Source: Podarcis muralis
Taxonomy: Eukaryota
Length of the DNA stretch: 64,000 nucleotides
Direction of reading: 5' to 3'
Assembly (NCBI RefSeq): GCF_964188315.1
Contig: NC_135656.1
Location: 68,820,001-68,884,000, forward strand
Shown: piece by piece, positions 1-12,100 of the stretch
Layout of the letters: the number at the start of each line of letters is the position of its first letter
Position numbering within the stretch: the stretch's first letter is position 1
Program-made: the position numbers and the translations under genes
Notes under the pieces: model-generated
Told to the model about the DNA's origin: nothing
Database searches by the model: none
Seen by the model: the letters and a program-made list of their open reading frames with translations, nothing else

Positions 1-208
1 ACAGGCTGGGGGTCCCTAGAGGTGGCTGCAGGCTGTAGCCAGGCCTCGGACCATATTCCTATGAGAGGGGAGGAGTCTCTGTGAGGCAGAACATGGTACC
101 ACAACATATACTGAACAGGAGGGACCTGACCTCACTGCAAGGAACATGAGGTTGACTAGGCCTCCTGGAAGGGACTAGTATGGCTGGTGGATGGAGTCAT
201 GGAGGAGG

Positions 209-3200
209 TCACATGGCTGAAGGTTTCCCAGCAGGACCAGCTGATGATGGAGTTCCCGTAGGCGGCTTTGAAAGGGAAGCCTGAGATACTAACTGCTTCT
301 TCTGGGCCTGACACTGAGAGACGGTGGCTGCCTCAGCACTGGGGGCCTCAGATGTGGACTTTTTCTGAGGGGCTGGGCTGGATGAGGAACTGGTCTTGCT
401 GGAGACACCATCTTGTTCAGGCAGCTGAAGGAAGTCAGGTAGTTCTAGATCCTCTTTGGACAGGAGGCCACGCTGGTCATTGACTCTGCAGCTCTGTGCC
501 CGGTTCAGCAGATCCACGAGCCCTGGGGAGGGGGGGGGGGGAGAAGGAATTTGCTAAAGTTCTGGCAGCCTAACAATCATTTATTATACTAGCTGTCACC
601 TTGCTATTCAACAGCCTTCTTCATGTTTAAACCTTTCTTTTAAAAATGGCCAATAATCCAGGCAGAGGGCCTTCTCAGCAGTGGCGCCTGCCCTGTGGAA
701 TGCCCTCCTTCTGTGCTGCATCAATAGGAGTATAGCATCTAGATCAAGGGAAGTAATAGTGCCACTGTATTCTACTCTGGTCAGACCTCACCTGGAGTAC
801 TGTGTCCAGTTCTGGGCACCACAGTTCAAGAAGGACACTGACAAACTGGAACGTGTCCAGAGGAGGGCAACCAAAATGGTCAAAGGCCTGGAAACAATGC
901 CTTATGAGGAACGGCTAAGGGAGCTGGGCATGTTTAGCCTGGAGAAGAGGAGGTTAAGGGGTGATATGATAGCCATGTTCAAATATATAAAAGGATGTCA
1001 CATAGAGGAGGGAGAAAGGTTGTTTTCTGCTGCTCCACAGAAGCGGACACGGAGCAATGGATCCAAACTGCAAGAAAGAAGATTCCACCTAAACATTAGG
1101 AAGAACTTCCTGACAGTAAGAGCTGTTCGACAGTGGAATTTGCTGCCAAGGAGTGTGGTGGAGTCTCTGTCTTTGGAGGTCTTTAAGCAGAGGCTTGACA
1201 ACCATATGTCAGGAGTGCTCTGATGGTGTTTCCTGCTTGGCAGGGGGTTGGACTCGATGGCCCTTGTGGTCTATTCCAACTCTATGATTCTATGATTCTA
1301 TGATTCCTGCCAGATGTCAAGGAAATAAACAACTATTTGACTTTTGGAAGACACCTGAAGGCAACCCTGTTTAGGGAAGTTTTTAATGTTTGATTTTTTG
1401 TTGTGTTTTTAATATCCTGTTGGAAGCTGCCCAGAGTGGTTGGGGAGGCTCGGCCTAATNNNNNNNNNNNNNNNNNNNNNNNNNNNNNNNNNNNNNNNNN
1501 NNNNNNNNNNNNNNNNNNNNNNNNNNNNNNNNNNNNNNNNNNNNNNNNNNNNNNNNNNNNNNNNNNNNNNNNNNNNNNNNNNNNNNNNNNNNNNNTGCAT
1601 GCATTTACAGAAATAAACATGTCAACATGTATGCAGATTGACATAGCACCCTTTAATTCCCTGGGACAGCATTGCTTGCTTCCTAGTCAGTAATAAGCAT
1701 CTTATTTACCTCCCCTATCTGACAAGTAACATCAGAGAAGATTTACCTTCCAGGTCATACGTGCGTCTATTCTGTTTGCTCCTAGGAGGCTTAGTGGAGG
1801 AACAGGACCCCTCACCGAATGAATCAGATTCAGATTCTGTCTCTACAGAGCTGTCATCCTGGAACCACAGGGAGAGAAGGCATGATTATAACCAGAGCCA
1901 AAAACTGCCAACCCCGTACCTACTTAAGCACCATGATATAAGCCTAGCAAACCCAAAACAAGGTGATATGCATGGCTGGTGGGGTGGGGGACAGAAAGAC
2001 ATCTCTAGACATACAAAACTAGTATATCAGAAATACTGCTAGGCCAAAACTTTTCTCACTGAGATCTACATGCAGGAAGGCTTTGTTTCTAAAAATAAAA
2101 ATGGAGCAGCATTCTGTCATGTAATTGCCCCGTCTAAGGTAATACAACCCATGGCCAAGACTCACCTCACTCAGCTCACGAGAAGGGCTTATTGCAGAAT
2201 TTCTCACACCAAGAGGTTTCCCTTCTGCAATAAAGCACATGGATATTAAATATCCTGGAGGGACAGCAGAACAAAGAGTCAGACCTTAAGCTCTGGCAAC
2301 AATGGGAGGATGGCTGGAACGAAGGCTGAGAATAAGACATGATGGAGAATGGATCAGGATTTCCTGGAGGAGACAACATGGAAGAGGCTGGAAGCCTATA
2401 AACTGGGAGCTGAGAGAACATGAATGGACTGTCCTTGAAATGATTCGAGTGTCGATCCATGTTCTAGCAAGAATACTGGCAAAAAGAAGGAAATGCTGTG
2501 TTTACAAATGTGTTATGGACTAGGGAAGTTGTGGGTTTGGAGTATAAGATGAGAGGAAGTAGCAATGTGGCCTTCTCTTTTTCTGACACGACTCCTGTTT
2601 TCAGCAGCTGTATGACGAGAGCCCATTCAACAGGGGACTCTCCCCTTCCCTGCTGCTTCCTGCTGGAGAAAATCTTCACAGCTATGAAAGGAGCCCTGCC
2701 AGAAAAAAGTGTCAACTTTAGTGGGCCACCTATAAAGTTACGAGACAGAGGTGGTTGATCAGAGCGAATGTGGAGCAGGATGCAACACTGCATGAAATCT
2801 GGTATGATCCCCCACCCCTGACAAATATCACCATGCTACAGCACATAAATGCCCTGGGACATGTGGTTGTGCCTGTGGCCTCACTGCTTATGACAAACGG
2901 CTCTTCATCTAGCCTGTTCACCGTGAGTGAGAGCTGATTTCCTCACCACCATTCTGCAACCAACATTGAACAGGCTTATTGAGTGGAAGATGCAAAAATT
3001 AGTGGTCTGCTCATCAACATTGGCAGGAAACAAGCATTGGCCTCCCTCCCTCCCAGGGATCCACATGGTATTCATTCTCCCCTCCCTAGGAAGGTGTCCC
3101 TGTCTAATGCTGCACAGTGCCAAGCCATCTACCAACTATCCGTAGGAAAATGAACCACATGTGCCTTTGAGCTTCACCTACCTGTATCTGACTCCAGCAC

Positions 3201-6098
3201 AAGCTTCTGAGAAGCCACAGTGGTAACTTTCTCTTCCATATTTAGAGCTTGGGGCTCACCAGGCTGCAGCAGGAGAGCAGAGTTATAAGTGGAACGTGAG
3301 TGCAACAACACAACAATGAGGAATTCCTAGTAATGGTATTCAGAGGCAATTGGTATTCAACAACTAGTAGGCAAGGCAAGGAGTTCATGTCAGGGTGGAT
3401 GAACCAGAACAACACTATATACATGCTGCTAGAGTAGGAAGCTTTCCAAAAAGATGCTGAACAGAAATAGCCACGTGCCGTAGCCCACCAACCCACAAAA
3501 AGAATTAATGTTGTCTGAGACATGGGGGATCTCCCTCTAGCCTGGAGAGCTGCTGTACCTATGAATGGCCTGCATCTAGCTGGAACAGAACATTACCATG
3601 GACTCTGGTCTGGGTACCAGTCTCTCCTGGCCTGTCACTTTACTTGCTCCTGCTTAACTAGAAGGGGAAAGCATTGCCCCTAATAAGAATGTAAAGGAGC
3701 CCTGCTGGATCAGACCATAAGCCCATCTAGCCCAGCTTCCTATTCTCCCAGTTGCCAATCAGGTTGCACCCATAAGTGGAACGTGAGTGCAACAACACAA
3801 CAACGAGGAATTCCTAGTAATGGTATTCAGAGGCAATTGGTATTCAACGACTAGTAGGCACAGGAAGCTCTTATCTTATCTGCTCTTTTAGAGACATCCA
3901 AGTTGGTGGCCATCACTACAACTTATGGTAGCAATTTCCATCGTTTCACTGTGTGCTGGGCAAGGGGTGCTAAAAGAAACTGGGGGGAAGCTTAAGATCC
4001 AAATGTAACTAGAAATTTCATCCCTACAGACCCCAGCAGAACCCCACAGAGAGGGAAATTGCAGGGAGGAAACTCCAAGTTCCATACTCCTTAACCCTTT
4101 ACCATACTGGCTGGGGTTTATGGGTCTTTGAATCCAACAACATCTGGAAGGCCATAGGTCCCCCACCACTGGACTGGAGTCACCCAGACTTCATTTCTGT
4201 GTCCTGTTTCACTTCCTCAAAGACCCTTCTCACCCGTCGAAGCAGGACTCGTGTGAGATCCAGGCCGTACTTCTCCACGATGGGCTGCAACGCCTCCCGC
4301 AGCTGCTTAGTAGATTTCGCCAGAATGCACACTGTCTTATTCAGGGGCATGATTTCTAGCCTATAAGGAGAAGAAACATCAGAAATATACCCAATGGGCA
4401 CAGTATACTGCATCTGGCACTGCCACCTTGCATAACTTGTGCACCCCAGTAATCTACCCCAGGTGGAGGATAACCTTCACTCCCTGATGCCTAATGGTAG
4501 CAAACCAAGGAGTACAGTTCTGATTCCCCCATTCGAAGCCCATGGGCAAAGTCACAGAAACTGAGCACATAGGAAAGCAGTGCAGGCAGGAAGGTAGTTT
4601 CCTAATACTGTGCCCATATATGAATCACAGCAAAGTGGGCAGGGAGAAGAATATTCCAGCAGGTTGTCTTGAATGAAATCCTAATGTTGCGAACCCCTTG
4701 TGATTTAGGGTCTGAGAGGCAGAGTCTGTTCTGGAGCTGTGAGCCCTGACCTATGTTCATGGTGATATAGCAAGGTTCACACAGATGGTGGGAGGGTGCT
4801 ATCCCCCAAAAGATTTGCAGAATGGGGCTTGCAACACGTATGGCCTACTCACTTGGCCACCAGTACCTGTATGGGAGACTCAAGGGAGTGTGAAGAAGAT
4901 AATCGAGGGGGGGGTACTTCCACCTAACCCACCCCCTCTGCCTTTGAAAGCCTTAATGCTGCCTGAATTGGGGATACCAAAGGGGCAGCACACCCATCGG
5001 GGAAGCTGAGGCCTTGACATTTGGTTGGCTGTTATGTACTGAGTGAATAGGATCCAAAATGCAGCAGTCTGATTGGTCCTAGAACAATAGGATTCAGAAT
5101 GCAGCAGTCTGATTGGTCCTAGAACAATGCAGCAGTATGATTGGTCTGCAGGAGCCACCCAATCCAGCTCCAGATGGAAGTGAATCCACAACCTGATTGG
5201 CCTACAGGAGAATTCCGGAATTAGCCAATCACGTGCAGTCCATTGTGTAAATAATGTATATAAGCAGATACTTTGAGGGGACATTCATTCCTCCTCACCA
5301 CTATGAGCTGAATAAAGAGCATGAAATCCACTCTCGACTCAGAGTATATTTCATTGGCATAACCTGATTCCTAGCTATTTTGTAGTGGACTTAGCCGCAG
5401 TAGCCAGAGCATCCAGGACTAAGATAAAACTGTGCAAACTCCTTTGTTGTTCTTGCCCCTGCCAGGAGGTGTCATGTTCCTACATTCATTGTACAGAAAA
5501 GTTGCATTTTGCATGCTGTTTTATTATTGCTACTACGCAGAGACATCACCTTGCCAACAAAGGTCCGTATAGTTAAAGCCATGGTTTTCCCAGTAGTGAT
5601 GTATGGAAGTGAGAGCTGGACCATAAAGAAGGCTGATCGCCGAAGAATTGATGCTTTTGAATTATGGTGCTGGAGGAGACTCTTGAGAGTCCCATGGACT
5701 GCAAGAAGATCAAACGCATCCATTCTTAAGGAAATCAGCCCTGAGTGCTCACTGGAAGGAGAGATCCTGAAGCTGAGGCTCCAATACTTTGGCCACCTCA
5801 TGAGAAGAGAAGACTCCCTGGAAAAGACCCTGATGTTGGGAAAGATGGAGGGCACAAGGAGAAGGGGACGACAGAGGACGAGATGGCTGGACAGTGTTCT
5901 CGAAGCTACCAGCATGAGTTTGACCAAACTGAGGGAGGCAGTGGAAGACAGGAGTGCCTGGCGTGCTCTGGTCCATGGGGTCATGAAGAGTCAGACACGA
6001 CTAAACGACTAAACAACAACAACAACAACTATAACATTGTTCTTGCAGTTGTTGATTTTGTGATGTATTGCTGTTCTCCTTGTTGTAAGCTGCTCTGA

Positions 6099-6139
<41 letters not shown>

Positions 6140-9100
6140 TAAAAGCAGCATAGAGATAAAAGTGGCATGAACAGCAGTAGACAGAGAGGTGTTGGGTGAC
6201 AGAGAGGTGCTGGGTTTGCTTATGTTTCACAAATAAAGACGGGCCCCCATCCCTGGGGCAGACAGCCCTGGCCCCATGTCAAGAGGGATTTAGCAAAGTT
6301 TCTGCCTGTTGGCTACAGAATACATGGCCAATGCAGAGCAGGAGGGGTCTACAGAGATTACACTCACTCAAAGCTGACCCTGGTCTCCAGCTTCACCTCC
6401 TGATCCACCAGGACTAAGCTCTCCTGGTTCAGTGCCAGCGGCTTCTGTGAAAAACCAAGCAAAGGCAGACATATTAATACAGCAAAAATTAAAACACGGA
6501 TGTATTGTTGTATATATATGGGTATATGCAGTGCTTTTTTTCTAAAAAAATGTTTAGGGGTACTCTCATTTTCCTACTCATATTGAAATACTGCCCCTCA
6601 ATGAGGCCAAATTTAGATTCACAAAGTGTTTAGGAGCATGCATCCCCCCCAGAAGAAAAGCATTACGTATTTGAAGTAAAACTAGAAAATAAGGCCACAG
6701 GTGTGCATGAGTTTAAAAGCTAATGAGACCAAGGATGCAAGTCTGGGAAAATAGCTTTAATAATCCTGCATGATACGTATTATGAGACAAAACAATCCTA
6801 GTGATTAAGGGCTTTTTCCTAGTTTACATTTGTTTGCTTGTTAACATTTCTTATCATCAGGTATGAATTGCCTCCTAGCATGAGTCCATGAACACCACCG
6901 TTATTTTCCATATGTTGCAAGACATGTGTTGTTGCAACATCAGCGCTTTCCAACATTCCTCATGACGCCTCAACAATGCCTACTAATCTTTCAAGATGCC
7001 TTTCTCTTGACCAAGTTTATTTTTCAATTGTTTGGAGTATTTTGGAATCATATTTTTTATTTGATTATTTGTGCACTTGGGTGGTAGTGACAACTCTCTG
7101 CAAACAGAGAGGTTACTAGTGTAGTGTTCTGGCTTGAGGACAGAAGGGGTCCTTTGTTCAAATCTTGCCCCTACCAGTACTGACAATCTGTCAGCCTCGG
7201 TCCTTTGTCTGTGCACCTTATAAGGTTATTGCAAAGGTTACCAAGATAGCCCACGTGCACCACTTCGAATGCTCAAGAAATGCTATTTAAATGCTGACTA
7301 CTGTATTAAATATAAAGTGGTACCTTGGGTTACATACGCTTCAGGTTACACACTCCGCTAACCCAGAAATAGTGCTTCAGGTTAAGAACTTTGCTTCAGG
7401 ATAAGAACAGAAATCGCGCGGCAGTGGGAGGCCCCATTAGCTAAAGCGGTGCTTCAGGTTAAGAACAATTGCAGGTTAAGAACAGACCTCCAGAACGAAT
7501 TAAGTACTTAAGCCGAGGTACCACTGTAGTCTAAGCATGTTTACTCAGAAGTCGGTTCTCCTGAATTCAGAGAGATGTATCACCTAATAAGTGTGTTTAG
7601 GATTGCAGCCTTCTGAAATCCTACACAGTACACAGTTACCTGGGAGAAAGTCCCTTGAACCTCAGTGGAACTTACATCTGAGTAGACATGCATAGGATGC
7701 TTTTTCTTTTTTCTTTTGTACCAGGAAGCTTTCTGAGATTATTTCATTAGGAATGACCTATAAGTATATGTACACACGCTGTAATCAGCTATAAGCTGGA
7801 TATTATTTGCCTAATGCAAATATGCCTTCTGAAATACTCGATATACAATCAGGGTGGATCTCTGGGGCTTACCTGTGGATAGGTGGGTAAATATTTGTCT
7901 CTGGCAGCACTTTGTAAAGAACAACATCGAAGCTATTTGAATTTCAGAGGAATTGAAACTATGCAGAGGCCCAACCCCTGGGCAAAAGAAAGATTCACCC
8001 TGCAGTGAACCTAAAGTAATTTCATTTTGAGTTCTTTCCTTGTCAGCTATGTGGGGTAAAATTAGCTGGCTCAAGGAGATACTTGAAGAATAGTGGGTGT
8101 CCCTTGAAAAGTGATGATGGTAGTGTGTAACTCATATTGGTGCCTCTAGCAATCCATCTTCAGTGTCTTATCCATCATTAGTATTCTGAGCCTTCAACTA
8201 GCCAATCTTATGGGACAACACTGTACATTCATTATCTCAGTAATTCTTACAACAACCCTATAAAATGGGCAATTGTTGCGCATGGCTTTTGAGACTGAGA
8301 GAATGTTGGTTTGCCTCAGGTGGGTTTGTACCTGCAGTGAAATTTCAGGCAAGGACTTCTGAACTCACAGCTCACAAGGGAAGCTACTGCATTGTCCACC
8401 AACTGGACAGTTTTTGCCCTTTGAAAGAGGTTACAGCTGCTGTCTCCGTCTATATTTGACCTGGAAATACAGCACACACAGCATCCCTTCCTCTTAAAAT
8501 CTCTGCAGTGGCATTCCTCCAGAAGTTATTTTCCTTTTCCTCCCATAGGCTGGGCCTACCTTTTCATTCCCCACAAGATAGATCTTGACATCAGGCAGGT
8601 GGAGGCCCCGGCGCTGGCAAATCCCAGCCAGCATGTCCTGGATGGAGAGTCCAGAGCGCACAGGGGCCAGAGAGGCCGTCCCATCGGGAAGGTAAATACA
8701 ACAGTACTTGACAGGCTGGTTCTGACTGTCAGGTTCTGAGCCAGTCAGGCTCTGCCTGTTGTTCTGGAGGAAGGAGAAATCAACACATTCAGCATCACTC
8801 TTTGGCTGGCTCAACTACTAGGATAAAAGCTCAGAGTGGACACCAGATGCAGTGGCGTAGCGTGGGTTGTCAGCACCCAGGGCAAGGCAAGTAATTTGCG
8901 CCCCCTAACCCGTGGATTTGCGCCCCCTAACCCTAACCCCCAGATGTTGCGCCCGGTGCAGCCGGCCCCCCCTGCACCCCCCACGCTACGCCACTGACCA
9001 GATGATTTTCTAAGGTCTGATATATAATATTGTTTTGTTGGTGTTTTGAGGCTTCTGGACAAATATACCAATGATAATAGCCATACACAGAATTTTCACA

Positions 9101-12100
9101 CATAACTGTACATCATTTATCCCTCACCTGTGTGCAAAACATATTTGCTGTTCCATGCATTATAGAGAATGAGGAGATAGAATACTAGAATGTACACAAG
9201 TGGCAGGTGGTGGGGTATAATGCCCTCCTTGTGCTTTTCTGATGGGTGCCATTTATCTTTTATTTTTAAACTTTCCTCTATTTAGTAAACCATATTTTGC
9301 ATCATGCGAAAATGTTTAGCAGAAGAAGAACTCTGCTAGATAAGACCCAAAGTCTGTCTGGTATCCTGTTTCCCACCACAGTCAATCCAATTGCTCAGAC
9401 AAGCTCATAACATACAAACACAAGAAGAGCCCTGCTGGATCAGGCCAGGGGAGCGTCTAGTCCAGCATCCTGTTCTCACAGTGACCAACCAGATGCCTAT
9501 GGGAAACATGCAAGCAGCAATGCATTGTTGCTTCCCAGCAAAAAGTATTGTCAGATCTACTACTCCTGAACATGGAGGTTCTATATAGCAGGTTTCTTCA
9601 ACCTTTTCAGACTCAGGAACCACGTTTAACCCAAACATGCATTTGAGGACCCATTTCTTAGTCTCCCTATTGATATGCTAGTTTTGCTGCATGCAGGGGC
9701 TACAACAGGGGAGCAATTTAAATATATGATCCTTCCCTACTACCTACAGTTTGAAGTTATACATTTTAGAATTCTACTCTTGCAATCTACATTTCTCATT
9801 CTGGGTACTGTATAGAAAAGTGTAAAAAAATTCTGGTTCTAAGATGTGTCGGTTTGGCAGCCTAAAGTCTGCAACTCTTGCTTTCATGTCCAACAGCTCC
9901 CCCTTTCTGCAGATCTGGCACTGGTGCTATGAATACAGTGCACAGACCTTTGCATACATGTCGCTCTTGCAGACTAAGCCTGTAGGTCTAACCACATTTG
10001 CCTGTGAATAAGCACCACTGAACCTGGTGAACTGTGCTGAATCATGCCTGGTCTGTTGGCATTTATGTGTAATATCTATCAAAGCCAAAGAAAAATCTGA
10101 TCTGATCCACTGTACAAGAAACAGTATATGCATGTGCATATACTAAACAATAAGTAAATAAGAATCATTATTTTGCTCCCCAGAAGCTGGTTCCATCGGA
10201 ACAGGTCTGTACTCTGTAGTTTACATTCATGTTATGCAGATCAGGCAATATTCAGCCCCCTGCTGTCCCTGCAGGGTTTTCTAGCAATGCTTCTCCCTAA
10301 GGATAATGTCACTCCCTGTTCTCCTTTCACTGGTCGTTGTATTCAGGAGGGGAGGATTGCCTCCCCACCAGCTGGGATTCCCTATGGCTTTAAGCAACAT
10401 CTTTTCAACAGTTCCAGGGTTCTGCAGCTGCAGAAAATACTGGGAGCTGCCTCAGCGGCTCTTTCCAGGAGCATTCGCAGAGCTGAACTGCACATTGTTG
10501 AGAACTCCTCCACACTGCACAGTCACATAGCCCATTACAGATTGCGTGGGGGCTGGGCGGGACAGAGCGTGCGGCAGCCCTGGCAGAACATCAAGCAACA
10601 GCAAAACGCCTACTAGCGCAAGGAAGGGAGCGTGACCCGAGCAGGATGGGGTAGGCAACAGCAGCACAGGTCGGTTTTCACTGCCCTGGCCCCCCAAACC
10701 CCCAGGATGAATAAGTCCCAGAAGCACTTGCCTCAGTCTGGGAACTGTTGGTGGCGTAAGATGAGAGGAAGCCCAGGTCCAGGCTAGCCGAGGAATTCAA
10801 AGAGCCTTGAGACTCACGCCAGTGGGACGGCCCTTCGCTGCCATTTCTTTCCTCTAGGACAGAAAATCAGCAGGTTTTTGGAGGATATGTGGTCCATGGC
10901 AACCGGGCACTTTATTAACCACCCTGATGCCACCCAGAGTCACCTGAACAATTGTGGTGTCCCAGCTATCGGCTTTGGACTCACCTCCCCAGTGACGCTC
11001 CCTCCGGTCCCCTCTCCGGAAGGATCTTCGAGGGCTCCTGCTGCCTAAGTTGCCACCTTCCTCCATTCCTAGCGGCAGCGATTTCCCTGCTTTTAGTTTC
11101 GTTTTCTAGGGGGAAGCCAGAGAGCGCATCAGCTCATGGCATGCTGGACCAGGTTAGGGGGACAAAGTGGGGAAAGGCCACCGCCTAACTTCCCCATGCA
11201 CTCCTGCTCAAGAGGACGCCCCGTACCTTGCCATGGTCGCTTGGGGGGCTGCCGCTTCGAGAGTGAGGCCTCAGCTCTGGCAAGGGCTGCCCTTGGCTTT
11301 CGGCCTTCGCACATGCCTGATACACTGGAGACTTGACGAAGCGTGCGTAGCTGTCAAACTTCATCAGGTTGAAGATCTGGAGCAAGAAGCCTTGGGTTAG
11401 TCATGTGCCCATCACTGTCCCTGAAGCAGGACATCCTCCAGGACTTGGATCGCCTCAGAGGGACATAGGAAGCTGCCTTATACTGAGTCAGACCACTGGT
11501 TCACCTAGCTCAGTATTGTCAACACTGACTGGCAGCAACTCTTCAGGGTTTCAGATGTACCTGGAGATGCCAAGGATTGGGCCTGGGACCTTCCACATGC
11601 AAAGCAGCTTTTCTGCTACTGAGCTGCATCCCTTCTGCTACCTTAGAAGACTTCAGCAACGATGCTTCGCATTACTGATTGGAGAAGCAGCAGGTGGTGT
11701 TCCTAGATTCCCACACTAGCCCACATCTCATAGACTAGCTAAGGCGGACTGTTCTCACCTGGAGTTGTTGGACGTGAAACATGTCAGGGGTGGGGGTGGC
11801 CAGCATCTCCTCACCAATCCAGGCCTGCCTGTCAATATTGACCGGGCTGACCGAATGTCTTGACAGGAACTCATCATAGATCCTCCTAGCCTCCTGGGCC
11901 AGCTATGGAGAAAGCAATGTGGGATGAGACGAGTTATGACGTTACTATAGGTAAGAAGCCAAGGTACCAAGTGCAGCTGCTCTCTGTGCCACTCTTCTTG
12001 TCTCCTTTAGTGTAGGCTATAGGAGAAGAGCATCTGGGTTCCTCTAGTCACAGGGTTGCATGCAACCAATGCTTATATGCAAATATTAGAGAAGTATGAA

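Noticed and set aside
681-1223. 180-aa ORF as a host gene
   Set aside because: CR1 ORF2 fragment fused by chance to a GTG in the flanking L2.
1333-1693. ORFs spanning X runs
   Set aside because: Artefacts of the N gap.
5472-6098. Long overlapping ORFs (167-170 aa) as genes
   Set aside because: These are the Bov-B ORF end and its antisense frame inside an RGS14 intron.
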